Positions 58,972-64,000 of a stretch of 64,000 bases of DNA are shown here, piece after piece. Numbering within the stretch: position 1 is the first letter of the stretch; each line of letters opens with the position of its first letter. The position numbers and the translations under genes were made by a program. Source of the DNA: Zestosphaera sp. (GTDB taxonomy: Archaea > Thermoproteota > Thermoprotei_A > Sulfolobales > NBVN01); contig JAWBSH010000002.1 in NCBI GenBank assembly GCA_038843015.1, positions 156,310-220,309 on the forward strand, written 5' to 3'. The notes under the pieces were generated by a model. It was not told where the DNA came from. It searched no databases and was given only the letters and a program-made list of their open reading frames with translations.

Positions 58972-59550
58972 CTAAATGCTTTCCTGATTATTATTTAGAG
59001 TAGAGTAACATAATATCTTAGTTATGTTGAAAGCAGGTCCGCAAGCCCTCCCCGTACTAGAGCAGTAGAAAGCTATGGAGGCAATATTCTCGTTTCCGGT
59101 CACTTCAAGTTCTATGGCTTCAGTAGGTTCTGTAGACTCGTGTATTAGTGCGGGCCTAAAAATTTCTATCAGTACCTCACACACTCTCTGAGGGAATCCC
59201 TGAGGAACCCTACTAAAGTTAAGCACGAGCTTCTTCACATTGTAAGGTATTTGATGACCTCTAATCTCTCTAAGCAGCTTTAATGAAGACATCAGCATTA
59301 AGTATTTTCTAACTAAGTTTGTGGTGTCTCCTGGAACTAAGTATGTGAGTGCTGACGGATTACCCTTCTTTTCTAAAACCATTAAAACACCGTGTGAGGA
59401 GTAGTGCTTAGTAATAGCGGCAAGATCCTCATATGTTGCTTTACCCCTGTTAAACTTAATTGAGTTAGGAACTACCCTGACGAGGTCATTAACAAAACTC
59501 CTAGTTCTTCTTGAAGGCTCTCTAGAAGTAGTTATTAATAAGCTACTCAT
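58972..59550 (-). CDS. Brix-domain (Imp4-like) ribosome biogenesis protein
   Basis: The N-terminus MSSLLITTSREPSRRTRSFVNDL is the typical archaeal Brix start. Confidence 0.75.
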   Translation of the reverse strand: MSSLLITTSREPSRRTRSFVNDLVRVVPNSIKFNRGKATYEDLAAITKHYSSHGVLMVLEKKGNPSALTYLVPGDTTNLVRKYLMLMSSLKLLREIRGHQIPYNVKKLVLNFSRVPQGFPQRVCEVLIEIFRPALIHESTEPTEAIELEVTGNENIASIAFYCSSTGRACGPAFNITKILCYSTLNNNQESI

Positions 59551-59563
59551 AAAAGAGCTCCAC

Positions 59564-59812
59564 TTACTCCTGGACTTTCGGAGTCCCTACTTCTGTGGTG
59601 GGGGTATACGCGCCCCCAGCGAAAATAGTTTCACACTTAGGGCATTGCCATACTCCCACAGAGAGTCTCTTCATAGTCACTCTAGCTTTACAGAAAGGAC
59701 ACGTGACATCAGAGTATCTCTTCTCCATGATTTCCTTCCACTTCTTCCTCAGAGAAGAGCCGTACCTGGCCCCGAACCTCCCTGCAATGCCAGTAACTTT
59801 AAGTTTACTCAT
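59564..59812 (-). CDS. rpl37ae: 50S ribosomal protein L37Ae (eL43)
   Basis: AGRFGARYGSSLRK and the zinc ribbon CPFC...CPKC are present. Confidence 0.9.
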   Translation of the reverse strand: MSKLKVTGIAGRFGARYGSSLRKKWKEIMEKRYSDVTCPFCKARVTMKRLSVGVWQCPKCETIFAGGAYTPTTEVGTPKVQE

Positions 59813-59846
59813 AGCTTTATCCCCTCACACAAACTATTTGAAGATT

Positions 59847-60749
59847 TTAAGCGTTACTCTTATTCTCAGGAGATTCTCTCTTCTCCTCCTCAGCAGGAGA
59901 GGAGCTTGCTACTTCAAGTACCTTAAGAGACTCAGCAACTTTCGTCATCAACTCATTACCTTTCCTTAAAGCCAACTCAGTAGCTTTCTCAACTTCCTGC
60001 AGTGTTAAGTATCCGTCGCCAGACTTCTGCAATCCAGCTATAGAGCCGTCCTCACCGACTCCCACAACTAGCTTAGCAGTTACTACCTTCTCCTCTTCTA
60101 TCGTTGGATCAACTATTAGTGAATCACCTAACTTCCCCACAGTTACTGTAAGTGCTTTCTTAATTACAGGTAATAGACCAGCGTAAGATGACTTATCTAC
60201 TTGTATCAACTCATTTTCTGTGACTGTATATCTAGGAACTTTAGTCGTTAGTAAAGCTGCTAGAGTAGCTATTGCTGAAGCGTCTATTAGATTTCCTCCA
60301 TGATCTAGCACGTAAATGTCTATCCAGACAACCCAGACCTTCCTCCCAGGCACTACAACCAGCTTGCTAGTGTCTATGACACCGTACTCTCTTAAAACTC
60401 TGTCAATCACTCTAGCTAACTCGATAGCGTTCTCGTCAGGAGGTCCCGGCTCAAAAGCTGGTGATGCCGTAGGAACAAACTCGGCTGAAACTACTAAAAC
60501 ACCCTCTTCTGGGGCGTCAGCATATGGCGAGCCAAGCTCTAACTTCACCCCAACTAATACTTGCGTGTCACCGAGCTTCACTAACGCGGAACCGTCGGCT
60601 TTAGGCAAGTAGTCAGTAATTATCTTTAACTCTCTAAAGTCTTCTAGACCTCTCCCGTCAGCTCTCACACCCTTCTTCACAAGTGTTGAGAGAGTCTCTG
60701 CCTTAAGTCTAGGTATTATTGAGTCTGATGATGTAGGAGTTACAGACAT
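59847..60749 (-). CDS. rrp42: exosome complex component Rrp42 (RNase PH-like, inactive subunit)
   Basis: The sequence RADGRGLEDFRELKI...DGSALVKLGDTQVLVGV is present. An acidic, Ser-rich C-terminal tail follows. Confidence 0.85.
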   Translation of the reverse strand: MSVTPTSSDSIIPRLKAETLSTLVKKGVRADGRGLEDFRELKIITDYLPKADGSALVKLGDTQVLVGVKLELGSPYADAPEEGVLVVSAEFVPTASPAFEPGPPDENAIELARVIDRVLREYGVIDTSKLVVVPGRKVWVVWIDIYVLDHGGNLIDASAIATLAALLTTKVPRYTVTENELIQVDKSSYAGLLPVIKKALTVTVGKLGDSLIVDPTIEEEKVVTAKLVVGVGEDGSIAGLQKSGDGYLTLQEVEKATELALRKGNELMTKVAESLKVLEVASSSPAEEEKRESPENKSNA

Positions 60750-60750
60750 C

Positions 60751-61476
60751 TTACTCCACCCTAACTAAATACTTATTACGTAAAGTCTCTTTCTGGAGCC
60801 TATACACCTCGTTAATGCCCTTAAGCGCTAGGTTTAAGGCCTGATTAAACTCTTTAGGCGTTAAAACACCATTTAGCTGGAGTAATGTGATCATATTGAG
60901 TGAGGGCGCCATAGCTACCGGCATGTCGGCCTCACCATAATTATCTTCAACTTGGTCTATATCTAGAACTAAATACCCGCTGACTTTACCTACAGCTACT
61001 GCCGCTACTAGGTCTCTCATTGGTATGCCGGCATCCGCTAGAGCTAATGAAGCTGCGTTGAGAGCTGCTGTCCGAGTTCCCCCGTCAGCACTAATGACTT
61101 CTATGAAAATATCTATTGATGTTCTAGGAAACGCCTCACTCATTACTACAGGCTCTAAAGCTTCTCTAATCACTTTAGAAATCTCTATCTCTCTCCTCGA
61201 GGGTGCTGGGTTTTTCCTCTCGTCAGTAGAGAATGGCGCCATATGATACCTGCACCTGAGTACAGCTCGGTGCGGCAATACCATGTAGCGTTGAGGCGGT
61301 TCTCTAGGACCGTATACTGCTGCTATGACTCTAGTCTTGCCAAACTCTACGTACGCTGAGCCGCTCGCGTTGCTCAGAATACCGACTTCCATCTTAGTAG
61401 GTCTCAACTCGTCTAACTTCCTCCCATCGTGACGTTTTCCGTCTTCATCTACTAACCTAGGTTTCTCTCCTCTCAT
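60751..61476 (-). CDS. rrp41: exosome complex exonuclease Rrp41 (RNase PH-like, catalytic subunit)
   Basis: [35 protein letters not shown] and DGGTRTAA are present. Confidence 0.9.
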   Translation of the reverse strand: MRGEKPRLVDEDGKRHDGRKLDELRPTKMEVGILSNASGSAYVEFGKTRVIAAVYGPREPPQRYMVLPHRAVLRCRYHMAPFSTDERKNPAPSRREIEISKVIREALEPVVMSEAFPRTSIDIFIEVISADGGTRTAALNAASLALADAGIPMRDLVAAVAVGKVSGYLVLDIDQVEDNYGEADMPVAMAPSLNMITLLQLNGVLTPKEFNQALNLALKGINEVYRLQKETLRNKYLVRVE

Positions 61477-62200
61477 TTTTCACCAAACCTCTCTTAACTT
61501 TCTCTACTAGAATAAATTCCTTCACACGGTCTGTTAACCCAGATATGTGTGCTTCTACCTCAATTTTCCTGATCGCTCTGACTACTATGTCTTCATATTG
61601 CTTATCCTCGCAGAGGACAATCACCCTGCCGTTGTTGCCGATAATTAGTTTACAGTTAGTTTCTGATTCAATTAATGACTGCATCGAGCCCTTCTTACCT
61701 ATGAGTCTCGGAACCTTAACAGGGTTTATCTCTACTAAAGCACCATCAACAACTTTACCAAACTCCTTACCCTTAGTAGAGATTACTGGATTTCTAGTTC
61801 TGTCAAAGACTTCTACCTTGCCCACTACTACATCGCCTACGTCTAAGAAGTCTTTTAGATTTTCTTTAGAAGGATTGACTGCTCGCCCGAGATAGTCAAC
61901 CGCGTATAGGGTTCCTGGGAATGGCGCTCTTATATCTAATTCCCAGTTAGTAAGTCCTACATCACTCACTATCCCAATCACTACGTCACCTACTTTAGGG
62001 TAGTAAGAGCCCTTAAGCGGTATTACCTTAAGACTCTTTTCTTGAGTATTGAGTTCGAGTAAGCCGACCACGGAGGAATAGTAGGAACTCCCTACTCTGT
62101 AAGCAGTAGTTGGTGTTGAGATTCTGTAATCTCCTTCAGCCAATTTATCTCCAGGCGCTACCAAAACTCTCTCTACTTTCTGCTCAACTTGAGTGCTCAC
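61457..62200 (-). CDS. rrp4: exosome RNA-binding cap subunit Rrp4 (S1 + KH)
   Basis: The protein has an N-terminal domain, an S1 domain ([20 protein letters not shown]) and a KH domain ([25 protein letters not shown]). Confidence 0.85.
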   Translation of the reverse strand: MSTQVEQKVERVLVAPGDKLAEGDYRISTPTTAYRVGSSYYSSVVGLLELNTQEKSLKVIPLKGSYYPKVGDVVIGIVSDVGLTNWELDIRAPFPGTLYAVDYLGRAVNPSKENLKDFLDVGDVVVGKVEVFDRTRNPVISTKGKEFGKVVDGALVEINPVKVPRLIGKKGSMQSLIESETNCKLIIGNNGRVIVLCEDKQYEDIVVRAIRKIEVEAHISGLTDRVKEFILVEKVKRGLVKNERRET

Positions 62201-62896
62201 TTAGATCACCTTAACACTCAGCTCCACATCACCTTTAGTTATCCTATTTACAGAATCTATCACATCATTCTGCATCCCAGCAGGTATCTCTATCTCCATA
62301 TAGAGTGAGCCGTCATTTAACCACTTCTCGTTTTTGACGTCGCCTAGTTTTCTTAACTCGCTATATGCTCTCCCAGCAGTTGCGGGAGGTACTTTAATAG
62401 TTATTAGCGCCTTAGCTACCTTTATTGGGAGGACTTTAACTAATTCTTTGATTATCTTAGATGCTTGCTCTTCTACGGTCTTGTAGAGGTCTATTGAGAC
62501 CCTGGCTTCCTCCATGGCTTTCTCTATGCGCTGAGGAGGGATAGGAACCTTAGTCTTAGGGTCTATCACGGACTTACTAATGTAATTTATTATCAGCCTC
62601 TTCTTCTGCTCTAGCAGTTTTCTCCTCTGTTCAGTAGTTAGTTGTAGTTCTCCCTTCTTTATTATTATGTCAGCGACAATTCTCACGTCTGTCGTGCCGA
62701 AGTTTTTCTGAAGTTCTTGTGGAGACGCTTTATCTCCTTTCTTAACGTCCTTATATATTATGTCTCCTACCAAGACCTCATTCACGTCTTTTAAATTTCC
62801 TTCTCTATACTTGAGGGCCTTGTCTGGATCTACTAATATCTCAAACCTAGAACCACTCTTTTCTAGCCTGGCTATCACGTACTCCCTACTACTCAC
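62201..62896 (-). CDS. sdo1: SBDS/Sdo1-family ribosome maturation protein
   Basis: VIARLEKSGSRFEILVDPDKALKYREG is the SBDS N-terminal FYSH domain pattern. Confidence 0.85.
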   Translation of the reverse strand: MSSREYVIARLEKSGSRFEILVDPDKALKYREGNLKDVNEVLVGDIIYKDVKKGDKASPQELQKNFGTTDVRIVADIIIKKGELQLTTEQRRKLLEQKKRLIINYISKSVIDPKTKVPIPPQRIEKAMEEARVSIDLYKTVEEQASKIIKELVKVLPIKVAKALITIKVPPATAGRAYSELRKLGDVKNEKWLNDGSLYMEIEIPAGMQNDVIDSVNRITKGDVELSVKVI

Positions 62897-63624
62897 CTGT
62901 TAACACCTGTCTTATGTATGAAGTCAGCAGTCTCTTCATAGGTAAGTTTCCTGAATATACCCTCTTCTAAAGTTACTATGCCTACCTCAATTAAGTCTGG
63001 AGAGAGGCCTTCCTCGGTAGAGGCTCTGAGAGCTTTTAAGGCTAACTCGATAGCGCCTTCCTTATCCACTTTCTTATCATAGTTTTTCTCTAGATACTCC
63101 ATAGCAGGCTGTTCCCCAGACCCAACAGCTAGAGCTAAGTAAGCAAAGTAATACCCATTTATCTCAGTCTTAAAAACGTGAATGCCTTTCTTATCCCTGC
63201 CCACGAAAATTAACGAGACACCGAAGGGTCTGACGCCAGCGTGTTGTGTGTAGAGCTGCTTTACATCACAAACAGCCTTAACCACATACTCTACGTCAGC
63301 GGGCTCGTCATACACGAACCTGTAGTTGAGTGCTTCTCTCCTAGCATAGTCTATTAAGATCCTGCCGTCAGCAGCTAAACCAGCGAAAGAAGCCCCCATA
63401 TGAGAGTCAACTAGAAATATCTTATTTATTGAGTTCATGTCTATAAGTGTTGATATCCTCCTCTTCTCAGCTACTAAAACACCGACTTCGTCTGTCTTGA
63501 GAGCTACAGTAGTCCAACCCTTCCTGACGTTCTCGGCAGCATACTCAACCTGGTATAGCTTACCGTCAGGTGAGAACACCGTTATAGCTCTATCGTAACC
63601 GAGAGCTGGTGGACCGAAAGCCAT
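62893..63624 (-). CDS. psmA: proteasome alpha subunit
   Basis: The alpha-subunit signature YDRAITVFSPDGKLYQVEYA is present. A TTTATATTA box lies on the minus strand at 63657-63665. Confidence 0.9.
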   Translation of the reverse strand: MAFGPPALGYDRAITVFSPDGKLYQVEYAAENVRKGWTTVALKTDEVGVLVAEKRRISTLIDMNSINKIFLVDSHMGASFAGLAADGRILIDYARREALNYRFVYDEPADVEYVVKAVCDVKQLYTQHAGVRPFGVSLIFVGRDKKGIHVFKTEINGYYFAYLALAVGSGEQPAMEYLEKNYDKKVDKEGAIELALKALRASTEEGLSPDLIEVGIVTLEEGIFRKLTYEETADFIHKTGVNR

Positions 63625-63928
63625 TTCCTAACCCTCTAACTCTTAATCGCGTGAAGTAATATAAACCTTCGACTTAACTAGCAATGACAAGTCTTCTCAG
63701 GAAGTACTTCCGAGTCTTACCTAAAAATAATAACCTCGTCCTTGAATCAAGTGTTGATTATATGTCTCGCCACGCATGAGAAGAGAACCGAAGAGAAAAC
63801 ATTGAGAAAGTAGCGATACAAGAAGCTAAATACTTGACCAAATATGAGAAACTCTATAAGAAGATCTAGTCTGTTGCTTGAGCCTCAAGTGAGTTGAAAT
63901 GGTGGGGGGACGGGTCTACTGAGGGCGA

Positions 63929-63967
63929 TATGAGCCCCGCGGGCTAACCTGGCTACCCCACCCCGCT
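63929..63967 (-). tRNA. 5' half (positions 1-37) of initiator tRNA-Met (anticodon CAT); no 3' half adjacent
   Basis: The minus strand reads AGCGGGG TG GGGT AGCCAGGTTA GCCC G CGGGG CTCATA. This gives A1, the acceptor strand, a complete D arm, the GGG run in the anticodon stem and a CAU anticodon. The sequence stops being tRNA-like exactly after position 37. Confidence 0.7.
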
Positions 63968-64000
63968 ACTCTGTCCCCCTACTCATTATTAGTAATTACG

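Noticed and set aside
59595-59969. Two overlapping plus-strand ORFs (124 aa and 93 aa) across the L37Ae and Rrp42 region.
   Set aside because: They are antisense to two highly conserved genes and are mutually exclusive frames. They show no motifs.
63762-63869. A small plus-strand reading frame between psmA and the tRNA half, with an in-frame TGA at 63777 (MSRHA*EENRRENIEKVAIQEAKYLTKYEKLYKKI).
   Set aside because: Only 5 codons precede the stop, and there is no SECIS-like or recoding context that I can see. The downstream part has no start codon of its own. It is most likely chance.
1-64000. CRISPR arrays, transposases, integrases, inteins and rRNA genes.
   Set aside because: No regularly spaced direct repeats are visible. 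No ORF carries DDE, tyrosine recombinase or serine recombinase motifs. No large insertions interrupt the conserved proteins (EF-2, PPase, ValRS-like, P-type ATPase). Nothing in the window looks like rRNA.

Overview
This is a densely coding archaeal chromosomal segment of moderate GC content. It looks like a hyperthermophilic crenarchaeote or TACK member. The evidence is a short-form XPF nuclease, an aEF-2 that starts MPRYKTVEQ, the archaeal exosome superoperon, TTTATATA-type promoters with short or absent leaders, and a very GC-rich tRNA fragment in an AT-leaning genome. I support about 68 protein genes. I found no rRNA, no CRISPR array and no recognisable transposase or integrase.

Gene blocks in window order:
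- purA (truncated), a large membrane protein, a KaiC-like ATPase, a MATE exporter and a PadR regulator.
- An ornithine cyclodeaminase-like gene, a radical SAM gene and a ValRS-like gene in one minus-strand run.
- myo-inositol-1-phosphate synthase, asparaginase, FolE, a CDF transporter, a P-type ATPase and an IMPase-family gene.
- A 17-gene, 11.8 kb minus-strand cluster (17160-28953). It joins an Mrp antiporter module to an FHL-type group 4 [NiFe] hydrogenase and ends in a GltD-like NAD(P)H flavoprotein plus a HycB-like ferredoxin.
- purB, a 450-500 nt unexplained noncoding stretch and a MoaD-like GG protein.
- SufC and SufBD, an HDAC-like gene, a glycogen pair (NDP-sugar transferase and synthase), H+-pyrophosphatase, aEF-2 and XPF.
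- The iscS-iscU-tusA-like genes with a divergent sufS.
- The exosome superoperon: psmA, SBDS, rrp4, rrp41, rrp42, L37Ae, Brix, Pcc1, pfdB.

Most interesting observations:
1. The hydrogenase supercluster, whose input or output module is a truncated GltD-like flavoprotein.
2. An orphan 5' half of the initiator tRNA at the window end, which may be a split or permuted gene.
3. An unannotated 43-aa six-cysteine micro-ORF with its own TATA box, upstream of a DsbD/CcdA-like membrane protein.
4. A ValRS-like gene that lacks the HIGH signature.
5. A glycogen synthase whose conserved N-terminus has no in-frame canonical start codon.

All functional calls come from motif recognition by eye. No database search was run.
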